Source of the DNA: Alphaproteobacteria bacterium
GTDB taxonomy: Bacteria > Pseudomonadota > Alphaproteobacteria > Bin95
Assembly (NCBI GenBank): GCA_965215305.1
Contig: OZ244041.1
Coordinates: 3,177,689 to 3,241,688 of the forward strand
Length of the DNA: 64,000 bases
Direction of reading: 5' to 3'
A program made the translations under genes and the position numbers. The notes under the pieces are model-generated. The model saw nothing but the letters and a program-made list of their open reading frames with translations. It did not search any database and had not been told where the DNA came from. Of this stretch, positions 10,425 through 20,249 are shown in pieces (the stretch's first letter is position 1; each line of letters opens with the position of its first letter).

Positions 10425-10954
10425 TGGAACGGGAAGAGATCGTCGCAGCCTTGCTCAAGGCCGCAGGCGGTCAAATCGTCGGCCGCGTTCGTCTTCAGAA
10501 GGTCGCCTATCTTCTGGACCGGTTAGGGCTGGATAGCGGCTTCCAATACCGCTACCACCACTACGGTCCCTTCTCCCGAGACCTCGACAACGCCGTGGCC
10601 GATGCCGAGGCGTTCGAGCTTGTTGAGGAGAAATTCGGTCGCCGGCAGGTCGATGGAGCCCGCTACAGCATCTTCATGCTGACTAACGACGACTTCAGCT
10701 TGCCTTCGAAGATTGGTCGGCTCAACGAGACGGTGCTCAAGCGTCATCTGCAAATGTTTGGAGAGGCCGACGTCACCGTGCTTGAGCTCGCTGCCACGGC
10801 TAACTGGTTGGTGGAGGAAGAAGGGCGGACCGACTGGCAGGAGGCGTTGCGTCGCCGCAAAGGCCCTAAGGTGGAAGGCGGCCGGCTGGACCGGGCCCTG
10901 GCCTTGCTTCGCGAGATCGGCCTGCCTCCGGCGACCGTGGACGCGAACGCTTAG
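10421..10954 (+). CDS. Panacea-domain (DUF4065, SocA-like antitoxin domain) protein
   Basis: The N-terminus (IVAALLKAAGGQIVGRVRLQKVAYLLDRLGLDSGFQYRYHHYGPFSRDLDNAV) matches the Panacea/DUF4065 core (KLQKLLYYAQ...W.YGPV.PEVY). Its start overlaps the HD gene stop (TGATG), implying translational coupling. Confidence 0.5.
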   Translation: MMEREEIVAALLKAAGGQIVGRVRLQKVAYLLDRLGLDSGFQYRYHHYGPFSRDLDNAVADAEAFELVEEKFGRRQVDGARYSIFMLTNDDFSLPSKIGRLNETVLKRHLQMFGEADVTVLELAATANWLVEEEGRTDWQEALRRRKGPKVEGGRLDRALALLREIGLPPATVDANA

Positions 10955-11122
10955 GCGACACAGCGCTCCCCATAGAGGCTGCTCCGGTAGCCCTTCCCGG
11001 TTTCCGTGCAAAAACAACCGCCATACAGACGGTGAAGTCGCTCCGGCCTCTCCATTAGCCGAGGCTCCCACCACCCGTTCGATTGCTGCCATAATGGCCG
11101 CGACGGGACGGGAGGGAGACCG

Positions 11123-11893
11123 ATGGGCGTTCTGGACGGCAGGGCGATTCTGATTACGGGCGCAGGCTCCGGCATCGGCAGGGCAACGGCGATTGCCGCG
11201 GCCAAGGCAGGTGCTTCGGTGCTTGCGACCGATATCGACGAGTCCGGCGGGCGCGAGACCGCCGAGAGCACGGGCGGGCGCTTCATGCACCAGGACGTGA
11301 CCGACGAGGCGCGCTGGCAGGAAGTGGCCGAGACAGCCGGGCCGCTGCACGGGCTGGTCAACAATGCCGGCATCGCCATCGTACGCCCGCTGCTTGAGAC
11401 CAGCCTCGAAGACTGGCGCCGGCAGCAAGCCGTCAATGTCGAGGGGGTGTTTCTCGGCGTGAAGCACATCCTGCCGGTCATCCGCGACTCCGGCGGCGGC
11501 GCCATCGTCAACCTGTCGTCGGTTGCGGGCCTTCGCGGCAACAGCGTCGGCCTTTCCTGCTACAGCGCCACCAAGGGCGCGGTCTGTCTGTTCACCAAGT
11601 CCGCCGCGCTGGAGAGCGCGCGGCGCGGCTGGAATGTGCGGGTGAACTCTGTCCATCCCGGCATTATCGACACGCCGATCTGGGACCGGATGGCGGAAAG
11701 CGGCCCTTCGCCCTTCAACGACCCGAACGCCTCGGCAGACCCCGTGCAGCGCGCCTCGGGCCGGGTGCCGGGTGGGCGTCCCGGAGGGCCGGAGAACATC
11801 GCTGACGGCATCGTGTTCCTGCTCTCCGACGCCTCCTCCTACATGACGGGTTCGGAACTCGTCATCGACCACGGCATGACCGCCGGCACCTGA
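11123..11893 (+). CDS. SDR family oxidoreductase
   Basis: Motifs TGAGSGIGRATA (Rossmann), NNAG, and a catalytic S...Y..K region (SSVAG...YSATKGAV). Confidence 0.85.
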   Translation: MGVLDGRAILITGAGSGIGRATAIAAAKAGASVLATDIDESGGRETAESTGGRFMHQDVTDEARWQEVAETAGPLHGLVNNAGIAIVRPLLETSLEDWRRQQAVNVEGVFLGVKHILPVIRDSGGGAIVNLSSVAGLRGNSVGLSCYSATKGAVCLFTKSAALESARRGWNVRVNSVHPGIIDTPIWDRMAESGPSPFNDPNASADPVQRASGRVPGGRPGGPENIADGIVFLLSDASSYMTGSELVIDHGMTAGT

Positions 11894-11922
11894 CAACCCC
11901 GACCGGGAAGGCCCGACCGACG

Positions 11923-12972
11923 ATGCGTATCCTGACCACCCTGCCGCAGAACGACCTGAACGAAGTGCCCGCCGCTGCGGCTGCGGCCGAGGCCGCCGGC
12001 TTTGACGGCGCGCTCACCATGGAGAATCGCCACGACCCGTTCCTGGCGCTCGGCGTCGCCGCCACCGCGACGCAACGGCTGGCGCTCGGCACAGCCGTCG
12101 CCATCGCCTTTCCGCGCAGCCCGATGGTGGTGGCGAATGCCTGCTGGGACCTGCAGACGGCTTCCAAGGGCCGCTTCGCACTCGGCATCGGGCCGCAGAT
12201 CCGCCCGCATAACGAGAAGCGCTTCTCCGTGCCCTGGTCCGCGCCCGTGCCGCGGCTCAGGGAATATGTGCAGGCGTTGCGCGCAATCTGGCGGAGCTGG
12301 GAGACCGGCGAGCGGCTGCGCTTCGAGGGCGAGCACTACACCTTCACCCTGATGACGCCTAACTTCACTCCGGCATCCACAGGCCAGCCCATGGTGCCGG
12401 TCACCCTCGCGGCGGTCGGCGACTATTCGCTGCGCCTCTCGGGCGAGGTCGCGGACGGCGTGCGGCTCCACGGCTTCTGTACGAGGCGCTACCTGGAGGA
12501 AATCTGCCTGCCGCGCATCGCCGAGGGCATGGCGCGGACAGGGCGCAAGCGCGAATCCTTCGAGGTGACAGGCGGCGGCTTCATCGCCACCGGCGCGAAT
12601 GACGAGGAGGTGGAAAAGGCCGTCGATTGGATACGCTACCGCGTCGCCTTCTACGGCTCGACGCCGGGCTACTGGCCGGTGCTGGACCTGCACGATCTCG
12701 GCGATCTCGGGCGCAAGCTCAACCGCATGACCAAGGAAGGCGCCTGGGACAAGATCGCCGCCGAGGTGGACGACGACACGGTGCGCCTGTTCGCTGCCGT
12801 CGGCCGCCATGACGAGCTTGCCGGCGCCGTCGAGGAACGCTTCGGCGGGGCGGCGGACGCCATATACGCCAGCCTGTCCATGGACATGCGGCCGGAGCTG
12901 CCGCCCGACCTCATCCAGGACATCCGCCGCCTGCCCACCGCGTTCAAGGGCTATGCAACCGCCTGGCAATAA
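11923..12972 (+). CDS. LLM-class F420-dependent or flavin-dependent oxidoreductase
   Basis: AGFDGALTMENRHDPFLALGVAA...FALGIGPQ is the luciferase-like monooxygenase fold family. Confidence 0.7.
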   Translation: MRILTTLPQNDLNEVPAAAAAAEAAGFDGALTMENRHDPFLALGVAATATQRLALGTAVAIAFPRSPMVVANACWDLQTASKGRFALGIGPQIRPHNEKRFSVPWSAPVPRLREYVQALRAIWRSWETGERLRFEGEHYTFTLMTPNFTPASTGQPMVPVTLAAVGDYSLRLSGEVADGVRLHGFCTRRYLEEICLPRIAEGMARTGRKRESFEVTGGGFIATGANDEEVEKAVDWIRYRVAFYGSTPGYWPVLDLHDLGDLGRKLNRMTKEGAWDKIAAEVDDDTVRLFAAVGRHDELAGAVEERFGGAADAIYASLSMDMRPELPPDLIQDIRRLPTAFKGYATAWQ

Positions 12973-13041
12973 CAGCGAAGCCGGGCCGGTGGACCAATGA
13001 GCCAAGCGCCATGCGCCGGCCGCTCGCGGCGGCGCCTCTCC

Positions 13042-14826
13042 ATGTCATGGCTGCTGGCGCTCAGTTTTGGCTCGCTGATTGCGGTCTCGATACTGGTGGT
13101 GCTCGGCTTTGCCGTTTATGGCGCCGCCCAGAATACCGTCGACCTGCTGCGGGACAGGGCCGATCTCGGCACCGCGGCCCTGGCACGGGAAGTGGACAGC
13201 CATTTCAAGTCCGCGCGCGACCAGGCAGGATTCGTCGTCCGCGCCCTGGAAGCCGGGCGGGTCGATCCGGACGACCCGGAGAAAGTCGGCGGCCTGTTGT
13301 TCGGCGCCATGGCGGCGGACTCCGCTATCAGTGCCCTCGTCTATATCCGCAGCGACGGGCAAGCGCTGCTGGCGGAGAGGGCGGACAATCTGGCGCGGGT
13401 GCGGCAGCAGGACCTTTCGCAGGACCAGGGAGCCCAAACGGCGCTCCGACAAGGCCAGGCAGACAGGTCTCCCGTCTGGCCACCGCCGCTCTACCTGCCC
13501 GACTACGATTCGACGATTCTCTTCCTCAGGGTGCCGGTATACCGGAACGACTTGTTCCGCGGCGTACTGATAGCAGCGCTGGGCGTCAGGACCCTCTCCG
13601 AATATCTGGCTGACGCCGGGGACGGTCGGGATACCAACGCCTTCGTACTCTACGGCAGGGACAGGGTGCTGGCTCACAGGCTCATGGCGCCCGGCTATCC
13701 CGGGCTTTCGCTCGAGGAACCTCTGCCTGCAGTTGCCGGCTTCGGAGACGGGATACTCGCCCGCATGTGGAACCAGGACGCCATGCGGCCAGCTGCAATA
13801 ACAGCGCGGCCGCCCCTGAAGAGCCATGTCGTCGAGACGGAGGGGAACCAGTATATATTCCTCTATCGCGAGCTCGCCGCCTATACGGAGGCGTCGCTTA
13901 TTGTCGGAACCTATTTCGATACCGATGTCGTCAGCGGCGAGATCAACCGCCTGTTCAATTCCATCATCGTCGGCCTCGCCGCGCTTGCGCTCGCCATCGG
14001 GCTCGCGCTGTTCATCGGGCGGCGGCTTTCACGGCCCGTGCTGCGCCTCTCCACGGTCGCGCGGCTGATCGGCGAATTGCGCCTGGAAGAAATTCGCGAC
14101 CTGCCTCACAGCAGGGTCAGGGAGCTCGACGAGCAGTCCGGCGCCTTCAACGCCATGACAGGGGCGCTCCGTTGGTTCCAGGCCTATGTGCCGCGCTCGC
14201 TGGTCCATCAGTTGATGCGCGACGGCGACCTCGCCTCACTGGCGTCCGACCGGCGCAATGTCACCGTGATGTTCAGCGACATTGCCGGCTACTCGACGAT
14301 TTCGGAGGGCAAGACCGCGCCCGAGGTCGCCGCCCTGCTCAACCGCCATTTCGGCATATTGACCGCCGCCATCGAGGCAGAGGGCGGCACGGTGGACAAG
14401 TTCATCGGCGACAGTGTGATGGCCTTCTGGGGCGCGCCGGAGAAACAGAAGAACCGGGCCATCCGCGCGTGCCGGGCGGCGCTCGCCATCCGCGCTGGAG
14501 TCGCCGCCGACAACCGCGAGCGGGAAAGCCGGGGCGAGCCGCCCGTTCGCCTGCGCCTCGGCATCCATTCCGGACAGGCGACAGTAGGCAATATCGGCGC
14601 GCCCAGCCGGGTCAACTACACGGTCATCGGCGATGATGTGAACATTGCGCAGCGGCTGGAGCAACTCGGCAAGCAAGTGGCGCCGGATGCCGAAACCGCC
14701 ATCGCCGTCAGCGCCTCGACCGTGGCCGATCTCGACGGGCTGTTCGAGGTGGAGCCGGTGGGCGAAATGGAGGTGAAGGGCCGCGCCGCGCCGGTTGCGG
14801 TCTATCGGCTGGTCGGGTTCGCGTAA
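13042..14826 (+). CDS. Membrane-anchored sensor adenylate/guanylate cyclase (2 TM + periplasmic sensor + HAMP + class III cyclase domain)
   Basis: Two hydrophobic segments flank a periplasmic region of about 280 aa, followed by a HAMP-like segment and a cyclase core (VTVMFSDIAGYSTISE...FIGDSVMAFWGAP...RLRLGIHSGQATVGNIG). Start chosen at MSWLLAL. Confidence 0.8.
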   Translation: MSWLLALSFGSLIAVSILVVLGFAVYGAAQNTVDLLRDRADLGTAALAREVDSHFKSARDQAGFVVRALEAGRVDPDDPEKVGGLLFGAMAADSAISALVYIRSDGQALLAERADNLARVRQQDLSQDQGAQTALRQGQADRSPVWPPPLYLPDYDSTILFLRVPVYRNDLFRGVLIAALGVRTLSEYLADAGDGRDTNAFVLYGRDRVLAHRLMAPGYPGLSLEEPLPAVAGFGDGILARMWNQDAMRPAAITARPPLKSHVVETEGNQYIFLYRELAAYTEASLIVGTYFDTDVVSGEINRLFNSIIVGLAALALAIGLALFIGRRLSRPVLRLSTVARLIGELRLEEIRDLPHSRVRELDEQSGAFNAMTGALRWFQAYVPRSLVHQLMRDGDLASLASDRRNVTVMFSDIAGYSTISEGKTAPEVAALLNRHFGILTAAIEAEGGTVDKFIGDSVMAFWGAPEKQKNRAIRACRAALAIRAGVAADNRERESRGEPPVRLRLGIHSGQATVGNIGAPSRVNYTVIGDDVNIAQRLEQLGKQVAPDAETAIAVSASTVADLDGLFEVEPVGEMEVKGRAAPVAVYRLVGFA

Positions 14827-14906
14827 CGACTGGCGCCTCCCCTGCCCCGCCGTCGCTGTGGTACAGTTGCGGCAAAACATGAGACACGGAAGGGGAAGCA
14901 CGACCC

Positions 14907-15761
14907 ATGCCCGACGATCTTGCGGATATCCGCAGCCATATCGGCACGAGGCAGGCCGATCACGACATGGCGACGGCGGCCCCGGTGCTGCTATTCCAGA
15001 AGACCCTCGGGCGCCGCGATCTGGAGCCGGAAGACGGCGCGGCGATCCCGCCGGGCTGGCATATGCTTTACTTCCTGCCACGCTTCGAACAGCGGGAATT
15101 GGGGCCCGACGGGGCGCCCGTTTCCACCGGCGTCATCCCGGAAATGCCCTTCCCGCGCCGCATGTATGCCGGCACGAGGCTCGCGTTTCACGAGCCTATC
15201 CGTATCGGCGACCGGCTTCACCGCGAGACGGAACTCGTCGATCTCACCGTCAAGGACGGCAGCACCGGGCGCCTTGCCTTCGCGACGGTCGAGAGCCGCA
15301 TTTCCACGCCGCGCGGCCTCGCCGTGGTCGAGCAGCGCGACACGGTCTATCGCGAGGAGACGCCAGCCGGGGCCGTCAACAGGGCGCCGAAGCGTGCCGC
15401 GCCGCCGGAGGATGCGATCTGGGAGGTGGAGGAGCGCCCGGACGAGGTCACGCTCTTCCGCTTCTCGGCGCTTACCTTCAACGCCCACCGGATCCATTAC
15501 GACGCCGTCTGGGCGAAGGAGGTGGAGGGCTATCCGGCACTGGTCGTCCACGGACCGCTCTCGCAGTCCTACCTGATGAACTTCGCCCGCGACTGCATGG
15601 CGCCGAAGCGGATGGCTTCCTTCGACATGCGCGCCCGCGCGCCGCTCTTCATCGACGGGCCGGTGAAACTGGTCGGCAGACCGGCTGAAGGCGGTTGCGA
15701 GGTCTGGGCGGTCACACCCGAGGGCACCATCGCGATGAGCGCAAGGGCGAGCTTTGCCTGA
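14907..15761 (+). CDS. MaoC-like / hotdog-fold acyl dehydratase (double hotdog)
   Basis: 284 aa with an N-terminal FAS1-like dehydratase region and a C-terminal MaoC region (FSALTFNAHRIHYDAVWAKEVEGYPALVVHGPL). Confidence 0.55.
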   Translation: MPDDLADIRSHIGTRQADHDMATAAPVLLFQKTLGRRDLEPEDGAAIPPGWHMLYFLPRFEQRELGPDGAPVSTGVIPEMPFPRRMYAGTRLAFHEPIRIGDRLHRETELVDLTVKDGSTGRLAFATVESRISTPRGLAVVEQRDTVYREETPAGAVNRAPKRAAPPEDAIWEVEERPDEVTLFRFSALTFNAHRIHYDAVWAKEVEGYPALVVHGPLSQSYLMNFARDCMAPKRMASFDMRARAPLFIDGPVKLVGRPAEGGCEVWAVTPEGTIAMSARASFA

Positions 15762-15783
15762 GGCGCGGCAAGAGGAGAGCGAC

Positions 15784-16632
15784 ATGGCAGAACAGCTTCA
15801 CACCCGCCCGCTCGGCGGCGCGCTCGGCCTCGAAGTGACCGGTGTCGATCTGTCGGCGCCGATCGCCGGGGACATATTCGACAAGATCAGGGAGCATTTC
15901 TGGCAAAACCCGGTCCTCGTCTTCCGGAACCAGGATCTCGACGCGCACAGTCTTGCCGCGTTCGGTAAACGCTTCGGGCCGCTACAGCTTCATGTGCTGG
16001 TCGATTACCGCCATGAGGAGGTGCCGGAGGTCTCCTGGCTCACCAATGTGAACAAGGACGGCTCGCTCGACCCTGCGGGCTACAAACGCGCCACGACCTG
16101 GCATTCCGACGGTACCTTCGAGGAGCGTCCGCCGGCGGTCGCCATCCTCCACGCCAAGGAAATCCCGTCCATGGGCGGCGGCACGGTGTTCTGCAACATG
16201 ATCCGCGCCTATGAGGCGCTGCCCGACGAAACACGGGAGCGGATCGGCGGGCTGACGGGCCGGCATTTCTACGGCGCCGGCCCCGGCGGGACCGGCGCCC
16301 TGCCGCTCAAGGACTACCAGGAAGGCACCCTGCCGGAGGTGCACCATCCGGTCGTGCGGACGCATCCGGAGAGCGGGCGCAGGATGCTCTACGTCAACGC
16401 CATCCACACCTTCGGCTTCGTCGAGGTCGAGGGTGAGGAAGGCGAGGCCCTGCTGAGCGATCTGCTGGACCACGCTACGCAGGACGAGTTCGTGTACCAC
16501 CACCGCTGGCGCCACGGCGACGTGGTCATGTGGGATGAGCGCGCCACCATGCACAGAGGCGCCGGAGACTACGACCCGACAGAACGCCGGGTGATGCTGC
16601 GGACCATCTCTTACGGCGAGCGGCCCCGGTGA
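15784..16632 (+). CDS. TauD/TfdA-family Fe(II)/2-oxoglutarate-dependent dioxygenase
   Basis: An H-x-D...H facial triad context (TTWHSDGTFEERPPAVAILHAKEIPSMGGGTVFCNM...ATMHRG). Confidence 0.8.
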   Translation: MAEQLHTRPLGGALGLEVTGVDLSAPIAGDIFDKIREHFWQNPVLVFRNQDLDAHSLAAFGKRFGPLQLHVLVDYRHEEVPEVSWLTNVNKDGSLDPAGYKRATTWHSDGTFEERPPAVAILHAKEIPSMGGGTVFCNMIRAYEALPDETRERIGGLTGRHFYGAGPGGTGALPLKDYQEGTLPEVHHPVVRTHPESGRRMLYVNAIHTFGFVEVEGEEGEALLSDLLDHATQDEFVYHHRWRHGDVVMWDERATMHRGAGDYDPTERRVMLRTISYGERPR

Positions 16633-17492
16633 ATCCGCGCTTTGCCAAGGCCGTCCTGCTGACCGGGGCGGCCGGCGGCCTCGGCGCGGCAATGGCCGAG
16701 GCGCTTGTCGGTGACGGGCACCGCCTGGCGCTTGTGGACCGCAATGAGGAGCGCCTCCAGGCGCTAACAAACCGGCTCTGGCAACAATATGGCGACGGGG
16801 TCCTGCTGCCGCTGGCGCTCGACCTGACCGATGAGGAGGCCTGCGCGGAGGCTGTTGGCCGCGCCGCAGAGCATTTCGGACGGCTGGACATACTGGTCAA
16901 CAATGCCGGCATCGGCATGAGCACGCTGCGCCCGGACTACCACCTCCGCCCGCTCGCCGGCCTTGCGGAGGTCTCTGTCGAGGACTGGCGGCGCTTCGTC
17001 GCCGTCCATGCCACGGCGCCCTTCGTTTTCATGCGCACCGCCCTGCCCTTCATGCGGGAGCGCGGCTGGGGCCGCATCGTCAACATCACCACCTCGCTCT
17101 CGACCATGCTCAGGCCGCAGTTCTTTCCTTACGGCGCCTCGAAGGCTGCGCTTGAGGCGATGTCGTCCCAGTTCGCGGGCGAGCTGGAGGGCAGCGGCGT
17201 CACCGTCAATGTACTCACGCCCGGCGGGCCGACCGACACGCCTATGGTGACGGAGGAGAGCGCGCCCAAGCGGAGCGCCCTGCTCTCCCCCCGGGTGATG
17301 ACTTCGCCTGTCCGGTTCCTCTCTTCCGAGATTTCGGACGGCTTCACCGGGCGGCGCATCATCGCCGCGCTCTGGGACAAGCGCCTCGCGCCCGCGGACG
17401 CCGCCATGAAGGCCGGCGGGCCCATCGGCTGGCCCGGCACGGGGCCCGCCGCCATCTGGCCCGAAACCCTGCCAGGAGGCGAGCGCGCCTGA
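16629..17492 (+). CDS. SDR family oxidoreductase
   Basis: [21 protein letters not shown] and YGASKAAL motifs. Confidence 0.8.
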   Translation: MNPRFAKAVLLTGAAGGLGAAMAEALVGDGHRLALVDRNEERLQALTNRLWQQYGDGVLLPLALDLTDEEACAEAVGRAAEHFGRLDILVNNAGIGMSTLRPDYHLRPLAGLAEVSVEDWRRFVAVHATAPFVFMRTALPFMRERGWGRIVNITTSLSTMLRPQFFPYGASKAALEAMSSQFAGELEGSGVTVNVLTPGGPTDTPMVTEESAPKRSALLSPRVMTSPVRFLSSEISDGFTGRRIIAALWDKRLAPADAAMKAGGPIGWPGTGPAAIWPETLPGGERA

Positions 17493-17599
17493 CGCGGCGG
17501 AATGCTGCACCGCAAAAAAGGCCCGCGCCGCTTGACTTGCCCGGCAGGCGAACCCTAAAAGCCGGCCTTGCCCTTCAACCCGAGCCTGCGGAGGTCCCC

Positions 17600-18349
17600 T
17601 TGAAGGTCCTCGTACCCGTCAAGCGCGTCATCGACTACAATGTGAAGATCCGGGTGAAGCCGGACGGCACCGGCGTCGAGACCCGGAATGTGAAAATGTC
17701 GATGAACCCGTTCGACGAAATCTCCGTCGAGCAGGCCATCCGGATGAAGGAAAGCGGCGCGGCCGACGAGATCATCGCGGTTTCCATCGGCGTGCAGCAG
17801 TGCCAGGAGACGATCCGCACGGCGCTCGCCATGGGCGCAGACCGGGGCATCCTGGTCGTCACCGAGGATGAGGTGGAGCCGCTCGCCGTCGCCAAGATGC
17901 TGAAGGCGATCTGCGAGAAGGAAGCGCCGGGCATGGTCATTCTCGGCAAGCAGGCCATCGACGACGACTGCAACCAGACGGGCCAGATGCTTTCCGCACT
18001 TCTCGGCTGGTCGCAGGCGACCTTCGCCTCGGAGGTCGCGATAGACGGCGACAAGGCCCGCATCACACGCGAGGTAGACGGCGGGCTGGAAACAGTCGAA
18101 GTCTCGCTGCCAACCGTGGTGACGGTGGACCTGCGCCTCAACGAGCCGCGCTACGCCTCGCTACCCAACATCATGAAGGCCAAGCGCAAGCCCATCGACC
18201 GCATGGAGCCGGCCGACCTCGGCGTCGATACCGCGCCACGCCTCAAGGTGCTGCATGTCGGCGAGCCGGAGAAGCGCGCCGGCGGCGTCAAGGTCGAGAC
18301 CGTCGAGGAGCTGGTGCAGAAGCTCTCCACCGAAGCGAAGGTGATCTGA
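17600..18349 (+). CDS. etfB: Electron transfer flavoprotein subunit beta
   Basis: [50 protein letters not shown] is canonical EtfB. A TTG start at 17600 follows a GGAGG RBS, and the 250-aa length matches EtfB. Confidence 0.85.
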   Translation: MKVLVPVKRVIDYNVKIRVKPDGTGVETRNVKMSMNPFDEISVEQAIRMKESGAADEIIAVSIGVQQCQETIRTALAMGADRGILVVTEDEVEPLAVAKMLKAICEKEAPGMVILGKQAIDDDCNQTGQMLSALLGWSQATFASEVAIDGDKARITREVDGGLETVEVSLPTVVTVDLRLNEPRYASLPNIMKAKRKPIDRMEPADLGVDTAPRLKVLHVGEPEKRAGGVKVETVEELVQKLSTEAKVI

Positions 18350-18353
18350 TCCC

Positions 18354-19307
18354 ATGAGCGTTCTCGTCATCGCCGAACACGACAACGCCACGCTCAAAGC
18401 GGCCACGCGCAACGCCGTCGCCGCCGCGGCGGAGATCGACGCGGATGTGCATGTGCTGGTCGCGGGCCAGGGCTGTGGCCCCGCCGCCGAGGCCGCTGCC
18501 CGGGTCGCCGGCGTGGCAAAGGTGTTGGTCGTCGAAGATACAGCCTATGAGCATGCGCTCGCGGAGAATGTCGCGAAGCTCGTGGTCGATCTCGCCGGCG
18601 GCTACAGCCATGTGCTGGCGCCCGCTACCGCCAACGGCAAGAACATCCTGCCCCGCGCCGCCGCGCTGCTGGACGTTGCCCAGATTTCGGACATTACCGA
18701 GGTCGTGTCCGCGGATACTTTCGTCAGGCCGATCTATGCCGGCAACGCGATGGCGAAGGTGCAATCCGGCGATCCGGTCAAGCTCATCACCGTGCGCATG
18801 ACGGCCTTCGACGCCGCTCCCGCCGAGGGCGGCGTCGCGTCGGTCGAGGCGGTCGGCGGCGCCGGCAGCGTCGAACTCTCCAGCTTCGTCGGGCGCCAGC
18901 TCACCAAGTCCGAGCGCCCGGAACTCACCACCGCCGGCATCGTCGTCTCCGGCGGGCGCGGCATGGGCTCGGGCGAGAACTTCAACATCCTGGAGGCACT
19001 CGCAGACCGGCTGGGCGCGGCGGTCGGCGCGTCGCGCGCGGCAGTGGATGCAGGCTATGTGCCGAACGACTACCAAGTCGGCCAGACCGGCAAGGTGGTG
19101 GCACCCGACCTTTATATCGCCGTCGGCATTTCCGGCGCCATCCAGCATCTCGCCGGCATGAAGGACAGCCGGGTGATCGTCGCCATCAACAAGGACGAGG
19201 AAGCGCCGATCTTCCAGGTCGCCGATTACGGCCTCGTCGCGGACCTGTTCAAGGCCGTGCCGGAACTCACCGACGCGGTGGCGGACTACAAGGCGGAAAA
19301 CGATTGA
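18354..19307 (+). CDS. etfA: Electron transfer flavoprotein subunit alpha
   Basis: [11 protein letters not shown]...[39 protein letters not shown] is a canonical EtfA FAD-binding signature. Confidence 0.9.
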   Translation: MSVLVIAEHDNATLKAATRNAVAAAAEIDADVHVLVAGQGCGPAAEAAARVAGVAKVLVVEDTAYEHALAENVAKLVVDLAGGYSHVLAPATANGKNILPRAAALLDVAQISDITEVVSADTFVRPIYAGNAMAKVQSGDPVKLITVRMTAFDAAPAEGGVASVEAVGGAGSVELSSFVGRQLTKSERPELTTAGIVVSGGRGMGSGENFNILEALADRLGAAVGASRAAVDAGYVPNDYQVGQTGKVVAPDLYIAVGISGAIQHLAGMKDSRVIVAINKDEEAPIFQVADYGLVADLFKAVPELTDAVADYKAEND

Positions 19308-19312
19308 CCGCC

Positions 19313-20206
19313 ATGCCCAGAGATCTCGAAAGCGGCATCCGCAAGGTCGGCGTCATCGGCGCCGGGCAGATGGGCAGCGGCATCGCGCATGTGGCGGCGC
19401 TGTCCGGCTTCGACGTGCGCCTGGTGGATATCGCGGAACCGGCGTTGGAGCGCAGCCTCGCTATCATCGGCCGCAATATGGACCGGCAATTGCGCCGGGG
19501 CCTGTTCGACGACGCGGCGAAGGCCGAGGCGCTGGCGCGGATCGACGCCGGCTCCGATTACGCCAGCTTCCGGGACTGCGACATCGTGATCGAGGCCGCC
19601 ACGGAAAACGAGGCGGTGAAGCGCGAGGTCTTCAAGGCGCTGCTGCCGCATCTCTCCGAGGGCGCCATCGTCGCCTCCAACACCTCCTCGATCTCGATCA
19701 CGCGGCTGGCGGCCACGACCGACCGACCGGAGCAGTTCATCGGCCTGCATTTCATGAATCCCGTGCCGATGATGACCCTGGTGGAACTCATCCGGGGCAT
19801 CGCGACCGGGGACCGGACCTTCGAGCATGTGAAGCAGTTTGCCGTCTCGCTCGGCAAGACGCCGGTGGCGGCGGAGGACTTTCCGGCCTTTATTGTCAAC
19901 CGCATCCTGCTGCCGATGATCAACGAGGCCGTCTATACGCTCTATGAGGGCGTAGGCTCCGTCGATGCCATCGATACCGGCATGCGGCTTGGCGCCAACC
20001 ACCCGATGGGGCCGCTGGAGCTCGCGGATTTCATCGGCCTCGACACCTGCCTCGCGGTGATGCAGGTGCTCTATGACGGACTGGCAGACAGCAAATACCG
20101 CCCCTGCCCGCTGCTGGTGAAATATGTCGAGGCGGGCTGGATCGGCCGCAAGGCCGGCCGCGGCTTCTACGACTATTCCGGCGACCACCCCGTACCGACG
20201 CGGTAA
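19313..20206 (+). CDS. 3-hydroxybutyryl-CoA / 3-hydroxyacyl-CoA dehydrogenase (NAD-binding)
   Basis: KVGVIGAGQMGSGIAHVAALSGFDVRLVD together with the C-terminal 6PGD-like domain of 3HCDH. The ATG at 19313 is preferred over the track's TTG at 19304. Confidence 0.85.
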   Translation: MPRDLESGIRKVGVIGAGQMGSGIAHVAALSGFDVRLVDIAEPALERSLAIIGRNMDRQLRRGLFDDAAKAEALARIDAGSDYASFRDCDIVIEAATENEAVKREVFKALLPHLSEGAIVASNTSSISITRLAATTDRPEQFIGLHFMNPVPMMTLVELIRGIATGDRTFEHVKQFAVSLGKTPVAAEDFPAFIVNRILLPMINEAVYTLYEGVGSVDAIDTGMRLGANHPMGPLELADFIGLDTCLAVMQVLYDGLADSKYRPCPLLVKYVEAGWIGRKAGRGFYDYSGDHPVPTR

Positions 20207-20249
20207 GGCGGGCGGTGCGGAACAGGCGCAGTCGATAGCGGCTGCTTAC

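Noticed and set aside
10523-11896. A 457-aa minus-strand ORF spanning the Panacea gene and the SDR gene
   Set aside because: It is antisense to two motif-supported + strand genes and crosses an intergenic region. It is a GC-driven open frame.
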